From IMG/VR virus record IMGVR_UViG_3300025861_000004: a DNA stretch of 43,964 nucleotides; one strand, given 5' to 3'. Origin of the DNA: a virus (lineage: Duplodnaviria > Heunggongvirae > Uroviricota > Caudoviricetes). This document shows positions 34,112 to 42,595 of the stretch, piece by piece; position 1 is the stretch's first letter; each line of letters opens with the position of its first letter. The notes under the pieces were generated by a model. It did not search any database. It was given only the letters and a program-made list of their open reading frames with translations, and had not been told where the DNA came from. The position numbers were made by a program, and so were the translations under genes.

Positions 34112-34118
34112 TCAGCTC
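34112..34118 (+). promoter_or_regulatory. TCAGCTC promoter-like motif
   Basis: -10 slot TCTAC; ATG 34159 at +41 with GGAGG SD. Confidence 0.7.
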
Positions 34119-34158
34119 CGATCTTTGCGTTCCTCTCTACCTGTTAGGGAGGAACGAG

Positions 34159-34380
34159 ATGGCACACCAGATCACCATTAGCGACGCGTTGTTGACCCGC
34201 CTGCGTGAGCTAGCGAGCGACAAGACGGGGCTTGACCAGGCCGAGGAGCAGGGAAAAGAGTTTCGAGTCCCGGAGGCCAGCGAGGGAGATCCGGAAGCAG
34301 CCTACGACTTAGGTTGCGCGGACGGTGAGATCCTGCTGGCTCGAAGCCTGATCGCAGAGATCGACAAGGTGAACTCATGA
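34159..34380 (+). CDS. Small hypothetical protein
   Basis: Strong SD. Confidence 0.7.
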   Translation: MAHQITISDALLTRLRELASDKTGLDQAEEQGKEFRVPEASEGDPEAAYDLGCADGEILLARSLIAEIDKVNS

Positions 34381-34715
34381 GCGACATCGCTGATATCCGA
34401 CGGAACAAGCACCTGGACTCATTGGTTCGCACTTTTGAAGGAAAGGTCCAGAGCCTGCGCGAGATGATCGACGAGATGCTGGCTTCCGGGAGTGCTGCGC
34501 GACTCAAGTTCGCGCACTCCCAGGGCCGCAAGGTGGGGGGTCTGTACCAGGTCAAGCGGCCCGTATGGACCCTGTGGGTCGGTGATGACGGGGTTGACCT
34601 CTCCAAGATCGGAGCGGAGTACGCCGCCAGTCAGATGAACCCCCGTCCCGACCTCAAGCTCCTTGAGGAGCAGGGAAACGCAGCCTACGAGAAGGCGTTG
34701 AAGGAATCACGCTAG
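34377..34715 (+). CDS. Hypothetical protein
   Basis: ATGA coupling. Confidence 0.7.
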   Translation: MSDIADIRRNKHLDSLVRTFEGKVQSLREMIDEMLASGSAARLKFAHSQGRKVGGLYQVKRPVWTLWVGDDGVDLSKIGAEYAASQMNPRPDLKLLEEQGNAAYEKALKESR

Positions 34716-34737
34716 ATCGCCCTCCTCGTCGGGAACT

Positions 34738-34744
34738 TCAGCTC
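34738..34744 (+). promoter_or_regulatory. TCAGCTC promoter-like motif
   Basis: ATG 34775 at +31; -10 slot TTTAC. Confidence 0.72.
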
Positions 34745-34774
34745 CCGTCAGACGGCTCGTGTTTACTACCCCCC

Positions 34775-35905
34775 ATGAGCAAACACACCTTCCCCACCCT
34801 GTACGAGAAGAGCAGCACGGGCGCGATCAAGCAGTGGACCATCTCGGTGGATGGCAACGTCATCACCACCGAGTGGGGCCTCAAGGGAGGCGCCCTCCAG
34901 AAGACGAGCGACCCCATCACGGAGGGCAAGAACCTCGGCAAGTCGAACGCCACGACCCCCGAGCAGCAGGCGATGCTGGAGGCGGAGGCCAAGCACACCA
35001 AGAAGAAGAAGTCGGGCTACGTCGAGTCGATCGACTCCGCCGAGGCCGGCGAGGTGGACGCGCTCGTGCAGGGCGGTGAGTGGCCCATGCTGGCGGAGGT
35101 CTTTCGAGACCACGCGCACAAGGTCGTCTACCCCGCCGTCATCCAGAAGAAGTACGACGGGCACCGCTGCATCGCGCAGGTGGACAAGGCAGGCAAGGTG
35201 ACGCTGTGGTCGCGCGAGCGTCGCCCTATCGAGACGATGCCTCACATCCAGAACGAGCTTGAACGCGTCTGCGCACTCGCGGGCATCAAGGACTGCTTCC
35301 TCGACGGGGAACTCTACATCCACGGGATGGGGTTCCAGTTGCTCACGAAGTTCATCAAGAAGTATCGGCCCGGCGAGAGCGAGAAGGTCCAGTACCACAT
35401 CTACGACATCATCACCGACGAGTGCTACCGGAAGCGGTACGCACGACTGTCGTTCATCGAGGAGCACGGGGACAAGACCAAGGTCGTCCGCGTCGAGTCG
35501 ATCTTCGTGAACAACGAGGCCGAGGCCGCGGAAGCCTTCGCGCACTTCGTGTCCCTCGGCTACGAGGGGCTCATGATGCGCCTGCTCGGTGAGGGCTACA
35601 AGCGGGGCAAGCGCACTTGGTTCCTCCTCAAGATGAAGGGGTTCCTTGACGCGGTCGCCCGCGTCAAGAAGCTCATCGAGGGAACGGGCAAGCTCTTGGG
35701 CCATGTCGCCGTGTACGAGTGCGAGACACCCGAGGGACGCACCATCCTCGTCACGGCGACGGGCGAGTTCGGCCCACGCAAGGCCGCGTGGGAGCAGCAG
35801 ACCGGGATCGGGGAGAACCTGGAGTACCAGTACTTCGAGCGCACCGACGACGGCCTCCCCCGCTTCCCGACGGCCCTAAGGTTCGTTCCCGGCCTGCACT
35901 CGTGA
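34775..35905 (+). CDS. ATP-dependent DNA ligase
   Basis: WPMLA, motif I KYDG, FLDGELY, YHIYD, YEGLMMR, LLKMK, C-terminal OB domain ending PRFP. Confidence 0.92.
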   Translation: MSKHTFPTLYEKSSTGAIKQWTISVDGNVITTEWGLKGGALQKTSDPITEGKNLGKSNATTPEQQAMLEAEAKHTKKKKSGYVESIDSAEAGEVDALVQGGEWPMLAEVFRDHAHKVVYPAVIQKKYDGHRCIAQVDKAGKVTLWSRERRPIETMPHIQNELERVCALAGIKDCFLDGELYIHGMGFQLLTKFIKKYRPGESEKVQYHIYDIITDECYRKRYARLSFIEEHGDKTKVVRVESIFVNNEAEAAEAFAHFVSLGYEGLMMRLLGEGYKRGKRTWFLLKMKGFLDAVARVKKLIEGTGKLLGHVAVYECETPEGRTILVTATGEFGPRKAAWEQQTGIGENLEYQYFERTDDGLPRFPTALRFVPGLHS

Positions 35906-36594
35906 ACCCCGCCGAGGCCACCCTCGCGGAGCAGCCCGTCATGCAGCGGGCCGCCCGCGAGTCGTATCGGGTCGCCCGCGCTGCCGCGACGGGCGAGGAG
36001 ATCCTCGCGTGGGCGGAGACGGTCGTCGAGATGGAGCAGGAGGCCACTGCGTCCCACTGGCCCCTCACCGCGTGTGGGCCTGGCTGCGCGCACTGCTGCC
36101 ACATCCCGGTGGAGGTGTCTCCCGTGGAGGTCACGATCCTTCACCGCGCCTCGTGCCTTTTGCCGGGCTACGAGGAGAGGGTCCGCGCCTCCGCCTCCGC
36201 TGACGCGGAGGGGCGGGTCGCATGTCCACTCCTCGTGGCGAACCGATGCGTCGCGTACGCGGCCCGTCCGGCCGCGTGCCGCGGGGAGAACTCGACGAGC
36301 GCTGAGGAGTGTGCCCAGCCTAGGGGGAGCCACCACTACTACGGGGAGGTCCGCATGCTTTCCCGCAGCGTCATCGGGGGCGCGACGATCGCTTTTGGGG
36401 AGCGCGGCCTGGACGTTCGCCCGCTGCTCCTGCGTCGTGCGCTCGCCGAGGTCGCCCATCTTCCACCTGACGAGCCGCTAGAGAGGTGGCTCGCCGGGGA
36501 AGTCCTGTTTTCCCCCGCCAGTCGCATGCCGTATGGTCGACGCGTCAAGTCCATGCTCCTCCAGATCAGTAGGCGCAAAACCCAACTCACGTAG
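35902..36594 (+). CDS. YkgJ-family Cys-cluster (putative Fe-S or Zn) protein
   Basis: CGPGCAHCC and CPLL...CVAYAARPAACR. Confidence 0.85.
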   Translation: MNPAEATLAEQPVMQRAARESYRVARAAATGEEILAWAETVVEMEQEATASHWPLTACGPGCAHCCHIPVEVSPVEVTILHRASCLLPGYEERVRASASADAEGRVACPLLVANRCVAYAARPAACRGENSTSAEECAQPRGSHHYYGEVRMLSRSVIGGATIAFGERGLDVRPLLLRRALAEVAHLPPDEPLERWLAGEVLFSPASRMPYGRRVKSMLLQISRRKTQLT

Positions 36595-36595
36595 G

Positions 36596-37405
36596 ATGAA
36601 CCTCATGCTGTTTCGTGTCGGAATCCCCAAGCTGTCAGGCCAGATCGCGCGCACCCTGCACCGCCTGCGTCAGCCCGGCATGGTGTCCGCAGGAGCCCTG
36701 TGGCGGCCCGACCGGGAGCAGTTCGCCTCGCCGGGCCTGCTGGCGCTGCGCATGGAGCTCGCGCTCGACTCTGGCGGGTACGTCGCGGCGACCCGCGGCG
36801 GGTTCCCCTGGACCGTCGAGCAGTTCGTGACGCTCGCCTGCGCTTATGGCTGGGACTGGTGGAGCCAGATGGACCTGCCATGCGAGAAGGCCCTCGCGCC
36901 CAACCAGGCGGCCGTGCGCGCGCGGGTCGAGGAGACGGCCCGCCTGCTCGAGTTGTGCCTCCTGGAGGCTCGGCGGCAGCGGGGAGATAGCGGTCGGTAC
37001 CCGTGGATGCAGGACCCGGTGCCTGTCCTTCAGGGCCGTAGGCCCGACGACTACGCCTACAGCGCGGAGCTCGCGACCAAGGTGATGGGGGGCAAGCTGC
37101 CCAACTTCGTCGGGATAGGCTCGATGTGTACGCGCCACGTCAACGGGCCGGACGGCATCCTGGCGATCGTGGACGCCCTCGACCAGATCCTACCTAAGAA
37201 CACCCAGTTCCACCTCTACGGGGTCAAGGGGGATGCGCTTCCCCACCTCAAGAACAACCCTCGCGTCAGGTCGTGCGACTCGATGGCGTGGGACGACCGC
37301 GCGCGCTGGGCCGCGTTCGCGGAGGGACGACCCAGCGCGCGCGTCAAGGAGCGTGTGAACCACATGCTGCACTTCACGGAAGTAAACCTGGCACACATAC
37401 GATAG
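36596..37405 (+). CDS. DpdA/TGT-like transglycosylase (putative deazaguanine DNA modification)
   Basis: LDSGGY, MDLPCE, PVLQG, GIGSMC, HLYGVKG, SCDSMAW motifs of the TGT-like family. Confidence 0.68.
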   Translation: MNLMLFRVGIPKLSGQIARTLHRLRQPGMVSAGALWRPDREQFASPGLLALRMELALDSGGYVAATRGGFPWTVEQFVTLACAYGWDWWSQMDLPCEKALAPNQAAVRARVEETARLLELCLLEARRQRGDSGRYPWMQDPVPVLQGRRPDDYAYSAELATKVMGGKLPNFVGIGSMCTRHVNGPDGILAIVDALDQILPKNTQFHLYGVKGDALPHLKNNPRVRSCDSMAWDDRARWAAFAEGRPSARVKERVNHMLHFTEVNLAHIR

Positions 37406-37412
37406 ACAGCTC
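37406..37412 (+). promoter_or_regulatory. ACAGCTC variant of the promoter-like motif
   Basis: 73 nt before the RRM gene; no -10 match. Confidence 0.35.
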
Positions 37413-37484
37413 CCGCTCCACCTGGGTATCCTCCCAACGTACGGGGCGCGATGTGTGCCCAGATGAACAAAAGGACCTTAGATC

Positions 37485-37850
37485 ATGAGTAAGAAGCTAT
37501 ACGTGGGGAACCTCCCCTACGGCGTCGACGACGCCGAACTCGCCCAGACCTTCAGCAGGCACGGTGCGGTCAAGAGCGCCCAGGTCATCCGTGACCGCAC
37601 GACCGACCAGTCCAAGGGGTTCGGGTTCGTCGAGATGGAGACCGCCGCGGAGGCGCAGGCCGCCATCGACAAGCTGCACGGCACGCAGCTTGGTGGGCGC
37701 ACCTTGACGGTCAACGAGGCCAAGCCTCGTGAGGACCGTGGCGGCGGCGGAGGCGGTGGCTACGGTGGCGGGGGCGGCTATGGTGGTCGCGATAGCGGCA
37801 ATCGCCGTCGCCGCGACGACGATGACGGCAACCGTCGCTCACGCTACTAG
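37485..37850 (+). CDS. RRM RNA-binding protein with Gly/Arg-rich tail
   Basis: RNP2 LYVGNL, RNP1 KGFGFVEM, LTVNEAKPR, GGGGY tail. Confidence 0.95.
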   Translation: MSKKLYVGNLPYGVDDAELAQTFSRHGAVKSAQVIRDRTTDQSKGFGFVEMETAAEAQAAIDKLHGTQLGGRTLTVNEAKPREDRGGGGGGGYGGGGGYGGRDSGNRRRRDDDDGNRRSRY

Positions 37851-37853
37851 CTC

Positions 37854-37860
37854 TCAGCTC
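37854..37860 (+). promoter_or_regulatory. TCAGCTC promoter-like motif
   Basis: ATG 37892 at +32. Confidence 0.68.
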
Positions 37861-37891
37861 CGGTTCGGGCTCACTCTCCGGGTTCCCTCCC

Positions 37892-38431
37892 ATGCGGGAA
37901 CCCTCCATCCATCCCGGTGAGGTCCTCCTCACCGACTTCAGCAGCAACACCTACGCCTACAAGTACCGCCTCTCCTTCACGGGAGAGCGGAGCTTCCTGC
38001 GCGTCCACAGAACCGATCTCCACATCGGACAGGCAGCCCTGATCTGCGATCTGTCCCTAACCCGGCCCGAGGCCGAGGCCCTGGGCGCGGCCTTGGACAT
38101 CTACCTGATGTGCGGGGGGTTGCGTAACAGGTACGAGCTACATCCGAGCCGTGGTGAGTACCCCCTCATACACTCGAACGGCAACGTGACGCTTGGGAAG
38201 TTCGTCACGTTGCCGAGCGGGCGGGTCTACACCTGCAAGTCGCTCGCGACCTACCGCGCCGACCTGGTCGATAGCTTCGGGCTCGTCGTGGACGAGCCGC
38301 AAGGCCACGAGTGCGTGGGTCTTGGCGACCGCGTCGCTGACCTGGCGCTCGACCTTGCGGACGCCACCATGCTGCGAGATGGGCTGGCGCAGTTCGTCGC
38401 GTCCGCTCAGTTAAGCAGCCTTCCCTCCTGA
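37892..38431 (+). CDS. Hypothetical protein
   Basis: High GC3; motif-spaced start. Confidence 0.7.
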   Translation: MREPSIHPGEVLLTDFSSNTYAYKYRLSFTGERSFLRVHRTDLHIGQAALICDLSLTRPEAEALGAALDIYLMCGGLRNRYELHPSRGEYPLIHSNGNVTLGKFVTLPSGRVYTCKSLATYRADLVDSFGLVVDEPQGHECVGLGDRVADLALDLADATMLRDGLAQFVASAQLSSLPS

Positions 38432-38919
38432 GGAAGCATGGAGCGGAAGGCTCCCTCGACCCTGGTGGGCTGCCAGCGTGTGATGCGCGGGGTGCAGGAC
38501 TCTCCACGCTCGATGAGGCCGCTCCATACGGAGACGCCATCCCCGCGGGCCTCGCTGAGCAGCAGCACCCCGTCCTGACATCCAGGCACCTCGTCGAGTC
38601 GGCCATCCAGGTAGAGGAGCTCGATACGACGCTCCTCGGCGGGGTCGTCCGGGACCTTGGGCATCCAGCACTCGGCCGCGTGGAACACCGCGAAGGCCCC
38701 CTCGAGTTGGTGGCACAGCGCCCGGAGGGCCTCTCGCTGGTCCTCCAGCCGAGGGATGCGGGACAGGTCTGAGGGGACCTCCGCGTGGACCTGTCCCAAG
38801 AGGTCTCGCCACATCACGAAGCCAAACGGCGCAATGCGCCCGTCCCGAGCGAACTTGCTCTCGATGAGGTGCTGTATCCGGGCGACCGCTTCGTCCCGGT
38901 CGAAGGATGTTGGGTACAT
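38407..38919 (-). CDS. Hypothetical protein
   Basis: Start at 38919 (or 38928); high GC3. Confidence 0.65.
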   Translation of the reverse strand: MYPTSFDRDEAVARIQHLIESKFARDGRIAPFGFVMWRDLLGQVHAEVPSDLSRIPRLEDQREALRALCHQLEGAFAVFHAAECWMPKVPDDPAEERRIELLYLDGRLDEVPGCQDGVLLLSEARGDGVSVWSGLIERGESCTPRITRWQPTRVEGAFRSMLPQEGRLLN

Positions 38920-38951
38920 GTCTTGCATAGTGGCCTGATGAACCCTCAAGA

Positions 38952-38958
38952 GAGCTGA
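38952..38958 (-). promoter_or_regulatory. TCAGCTC promoter-like motif
   Basis: ATG 38919 at +33; -10 slot GCCAC. Confidence 0.62.
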
Positions 38959-38970
38959 GCGAGGAGGACA

Positions 38971-39504
38971 GTGATGAAGGACATCAAGACGTGGGCACGG
39001 GACATCGTACGAGACGCGCGTCGGACTGGGTCGACCACCCAGATCGCACGGGCTGCCGTGCAGGGACGCACCGACGTGGCGGTCGTGCTGCCGAGCAGCA
39101 ACGCGGCCCTGGACTTCCGCACGCACTACCTGGTGCCCGCGGCCGTCCGGGCTAACCTCGCGGTCGAGCAGCTTCCCAAGAGCCCAGCCATCAGGATCTT
39201 TGGAGACGACGGCACGAACCACTATGTGTACGTGCTGGTGGCCGGACAGGACGTGCAGGGGTTGCCCGCGGTGCCTCTCCTGTTCGACCCGGCCGTCGTG
39301 TACCTGGTCTCGACGTTCGGGCAAGGGGCGTCCCCCGTGGCGTCCCTGCGCGAGATCATCCTGTACGGGACGACCGCGGGGACGGCGGGCCTGCTCGGCC
39401 TCCTGCTGCGCCCGCACCTGGGGCGCTGGGCGGTCGGGGCTGCCGTGGCGGTCGGGACGCTGGTTCCCGCGCTGCGCGCGCTACGCCGGCTGCGCCGCCG
39501 GTAG
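38971..39504 (+). CDS. Hypothetical protein with two C-terminal TM segments
   Basis: GAGGAGG SD; hydrophobic tail followed by basic residues. Confidence 0.7.
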   Translation: MMKDIKTWARDIVRDARRTGSTTQIARAAVQGRTDVAVVLPSSNAALDFRTHYLVPAAVRANLAVEQLPKSPAIRIFGDDGTNHYVYVLVAGQDVQGLPAVPLLFDPAVVYLVSTFGQGASPVASLREIILYGTTAGTAGLLGLLLRPHLGRWAVGAAVAVGTLVPALRALRRLRRR

Positions 39505-39933
39505 CGTGAGAGAGGGGCCTGACCGCGCACTCAGCACGAGCCCCGCGGGAAAGCTGCGCAGCCACTCGGAGTCGTGCCCCACGTAGAAGTGTGGGCACGA
39601 CTCCTTGCCACAGGAGTGCCCCGTCTCGATGACGAGCAGGTGCGGAGGGAGGTTCGACACGAACTCCACGTAGGTTGGGTTGAACGGGGAGCCGGCGACC
39701 TGCCGCACGGTGCTCGCGTCGACGACCTTGATCGTTCCCCCCTCGCACGACACGACGGTCATCTCAGTTCGAGACCCCTCGCTCCAGCACAGGCTGGTCT
39801 GGGGGATGCGATACTCGGCCTGCATCGACAGGAAGCCGTCACGTTTGCGGCACTTGATCCCCACGGTCTGGAGCAGGTCGCGGAGCACCTTGGTGAGGTG
39901 GAACTTCTCGCTGTGGTGGTTCGGGGTCGACAT
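39481..39933 (-). CDS. Hypothetical protein
   Basis: Start at motif +31. Confidence 0.7.
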   Translation of the reverse strand: MSTPNHHSEKFHLTKVLRDLLQTVGIKCRKRDGFLSMQAEYRIPQTSLCWSEGSRTEMTVVSCEGGTIKVVDASTVRQVAGSPFNPTYVEFVSNLPPHLLVIETGHSCGKESCPHFYVGHDSEWLRSFPAGLVLSARSGPSLTLPAAQPA

Positions 39934-39955
39934 GACCGTTAGTCGATGAGGTTAG

Positions 39956-40264
39956 CTACTTCGGAGCTGAGTCCCACAAGGCCGCGATCGCGTCCCGCCC
40001 TACCTGGGCCGCCAGGGCGCGCAGCTTGCGGACCTTGTTGGCGTCCTTGCGACGCACCCGCGAGATCCAGCGCTCGAAGTCGCCCCCGTGCTGGCGGGCG
40101 AGGCCGGCGGCCCCGTCCACGATCTCACCGAGCTCGGTGACTCCGAGAAGCAGGGTGTAGCGTCCCTGCCACTCGTAGACCGAGAAGGGCGCGCGCTCCC
40201 AGACGAGGAGGCCCCGCGGGGGTCCCGGTTCGCACCTGCGGTTCGAGGCCGTGTAGTAGCTCAC
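39956..40264 (-). CDS. Hypothetical protein
   Basis: GTGA coupling. Confidence 0.65.
   Translation of the reverse strand: MSYYTASNRRCEPGPPRGLLVWERAPFSVYEWQGRYTLLLGVTELGEIVDGAAGLARQHGGDFERWISRVRRKDANKVRKLRALAAQVGRDAIAALWDSAPK
39964..39970 (-). promoter_or_regulatory. TCAGCTC promoter-like motif
   Basis: ATG 39933 at +31; -10 slot TCGAC. Confidence 0.75.
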
Positions 40265-40518
40265 CGGCGAGCCCTGGGGGCCGATCCCCGGACGAAGCTG
40301 AAGTGGACGACGCGGAGCTCGCGCTCTCCCTCCACCAGCACGGCGACGTGCTGCCCCCCGACGAGATGGTGGTGGGAGTCCTCGCGGAGGAAGCCCTGAA
40401 ACGTGGCTGTCTGCTCGATGCGGCGTGGGGGTGACAGGTCCTTCTGGTAGACCTCGACGAGGACCCGCGACCCCACCTGGCGTCGCTTGAGGTTAGCCCG
40501 CAGGCGCGTGAAGTCCAT
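40261..40518 (-). CDS. Small hypothetical protein
   Basis: TGATG coupling with the upstream gene. Confidence 0.6.
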   Translation of the reverse strand: MDFTRLRANLKRRQVGSRVLVEVYQKDLSPPRRIEQTATFQGFLREDSHHHLVGGQHVAVLVEGERELRVVHFSFVRGSAPRARR

Positions 40519-41108
40519 CAGTCCTCCACGTGCCGAAGGCCGAAGGACGTCGCGGCGCTGACGAGCGCGCGGAACGCGTGGTTCTCGGTGGGTCCCGCGT
40601 CGTGGATGCCTCGGCGGTGGCGAAGGCGTGCGCGCCAGCAGCCCGACCGGCCCGAGTGGAACCCGCTGGGGTCGAAGTACACCTCGACGTCGGCCGTCGT
40701 GTAGCTGTCCTCGTGGAGCGTGTGGGGAGACGCGTCGGGCGGCAGGGGCTCGAACGCCGACTCCAGCGGGTCGCAGAGACACGAGTGCAGCCTCTCGCTG
40801 CACGTCGCGCAGCGGTCGCCTCCGTCCGTGACCAGGCACAGGTAGCTTGAGGGCTGGACCTTTCGGCGCATGAGGGGCAGCGACGCGCGGCAGAACGGGC
40901 AGGCCACCAGGCCCGCCACCTCCCCCATGCACCAGGAGCCCGTCCATAGGTGGGAGGCCAGCATCCCTCCGTTGTGGACGCGGAACCGAATGTGCGACTC
41001 GGCGCGTCCGCAGCAGGTGGGTCGGGGACGCAGCGCCTCGATCTCCTGCCGCCGTCGGTCGAGTAGGTTGCCGCGGAACTCTCGGATCTGCCTGGGAACG
41101 TCGCTCAT
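40518..41108 (-). CDS. Cys-rich hypothetical protein
   Basis: TCCG, CPFC, CATC, CLC motifs. Confidence 0.7.
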   Translation of the reverse strand: MSDVPRQIREFRGNLLDRRRQEIEALRPRPTCCGRAESHIRFRVHNGGMLASHLWTGSWCMGEVAGLVACPFCRASLPLMRRKVQPSSYLCLVTDGGDRCATCSERLHSCLCDPLESAFEPLPPDASPHTLHEDSYTTADVEVYFDPSGFHSGRSGCWRARLRHRRGIHDAGPTENHAFRALVSAATSFGLRHVED

Positions 41109-41139
41109 CCCTGATGGGTAGAGCGATGCCGACCGACCG

Positions 41140-41190
41140 GAGCTGAAGGAGTTTCGTCAACCCACCCGCTGGGCTACGAGACGTCAGCTC
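41140..41190. promoter_or_regulatory. Divergent pair of TCAGCTC motifs (41140-41146 minus, 41184-41190 plus)
   Basis: Starts at 41108 (+32, TCTAC) and 41221 (+31, CCGAC). Confidence 0.75.
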
Positions 41191-41220
41191 CATCCCGCCG
41201 GAAGGTTCCGACCCTTGGTC

Positions 41221-41565
41221 ATGCAGACCTTCATCCTGCGGGAGGAGCACGTGAAGCTGCTCCGCGCCGCCTCCGTCGACACGAACCTGGCCGAGTGGGG
41301 AGCCCCCACGATCGACCCGAAGCGCCCCTTCGGGAACGGCGACATCACCGGGGACATGGCCCGCATCCTCGGGATGGGGGACCCGTCGGAGCTCGGGAAG
41401 ACCGACCGGGAGCGGTTCGAGCGTCTGATGCTGAAGCTCTTCCGGGAACTCGGCGACGCCCTCCAGGTGGTGCTGGCGGCCGGGTCGTTCGCGCCGGGGA
41501 CCTACGTGCAGGGGCTGGTGGACGGGCGCCACTCGTGGCGGCGCGTCGATCGGCTTACCGACTGA
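41221..41565 (+). CDS. Hypothetical protein
   Basis: WGAPTIDPKRPFGNGDI; high GC3. Confidence 0.75.
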   Translation: MQTFILREEHVKLLRAASVDTNLAEWGAPTIDPKRPFGNGDITGDMARILGMGDPSELGKTDRERFERLMLKLFRELGDALQVVLAAGSFAPGTYVQGLVDGRHSWRRVDRLTD

Positions 41566-41593
41566 TAGCCTATATGGCTATCAAGCCATCTAG

Positions 41594-42595
41594 CTAGCTC
41601 TTTAATTCAGAATAGAACACGCCGTAGCTATATTCGCTTAAATCGACCCATTTGTCCTCGTGAACTTTAACTGAGGTATGTGGTGCCACACACCATAAGT
41701 AACCAGGCCACGGTTGGAGAGCTGCAATGATTAGTTGCGTTTTATTCACAGTAACGTGAAGCGGAACAGTTTGATTGATTATGTCAACCCACCCTGTGTA
41801 GGGTGCGTTATTGATGTATGTTATTATAGGTAGGGGCAAGGATTCTAACCCCAGGCTCTCCAAATTCATGTGCTTAAAGCGAGCTGCTGATAGTTCTTTA
41901 GCCGTTTTTCGTGGGTCTTCATTGCTCCAATTCTTGGGATAGTCGACCTCAAAAATGGGTACGAGACTATCGACGACGCTCCACATAATTAAGATTCTTT
42001 GCTTCTTGGTAGTCACTTCTTTCCATGACCTATTGTTTATAGATATACGATTGTCAATCGCGGACAACGCGATTCTATGTATTATAGACCTCAAACAATC
42101 AAACAAGTGTGACTTACACACCTTACCTTCCCAGTCCCTGCACTTTACACTGTAAGTGGTGGATGCGTGACATGCCCCGTTGTGTTTATCAAGAGAAGTG
42201 TTCCTGACACTTACGTAGTCGCATGTAATAGCACGGAACAGCACATACTCGTCCAACAGACTGTTACCATCTCTCTGTATCACAGAATATTTTGATCCCG
42301 CGGGGGCTTCTGCCAGTACGACTCTTATGTCAGGAGGTACTGATCGAGCCAGTTCAATAGGTTTTTGAATTGACTCGTCTAATATCCCCTTAACCTCTAC
42401 AAAAACGCGGGCACCAGGTAGCCAGAAGTCGGGCAGGTACCACGTCCCGCTCGGTAGCTGGTAGCCCTCCTGCTCGTAGGTCCACTCGATCCCCTTGGAG
42501 TCGAACCACTCGGCCCAGGCGGCTTCCAGCTTGGAGCGGAACTTGACGCCCTTGTAGGTGGTGGGGATGGCGGCGATGCGAGGTGGGGTGCTCAT
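41594..42595 (-). CDS. PD-(D/E)XK nuclease-domain protein with an AT-rich C-terminal region
   Basis: FRSKLEAAWA...YLPDFWLP...FVEVKG; abrupt GC drop after about codon 55. Confidence 0.75.
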   Translation of the reverse strand: MSTPPRIAAIPTTYKGVKFRSKLEAAWAEWFDSKGIEWTYEQEGYQLPSGTWYLPDFWLPGARVFVEVKGILDESIQKPIELARSVPPDIRVVLAEAPAGSKYSVIQRDGNSLLDEYVLFRAITCDYVSVRNTSLDKHNGACHASTTYSVKCRDWEGKVCKSHLFDCLRSIIHRIALSAIDNRISINNRSWKEVTTKKQRILIMWSVVDSLVPIFEVDYPKNWSNEDPRKTAKELSAARFKHMNLESLGLESLPLPIITYINNAPYTGWVDIINQTVPLHVTVNKTQLIIAALQPWPGYLWCVAPHTSVKVHEDKWVDLSEYSYGVFYSELKS

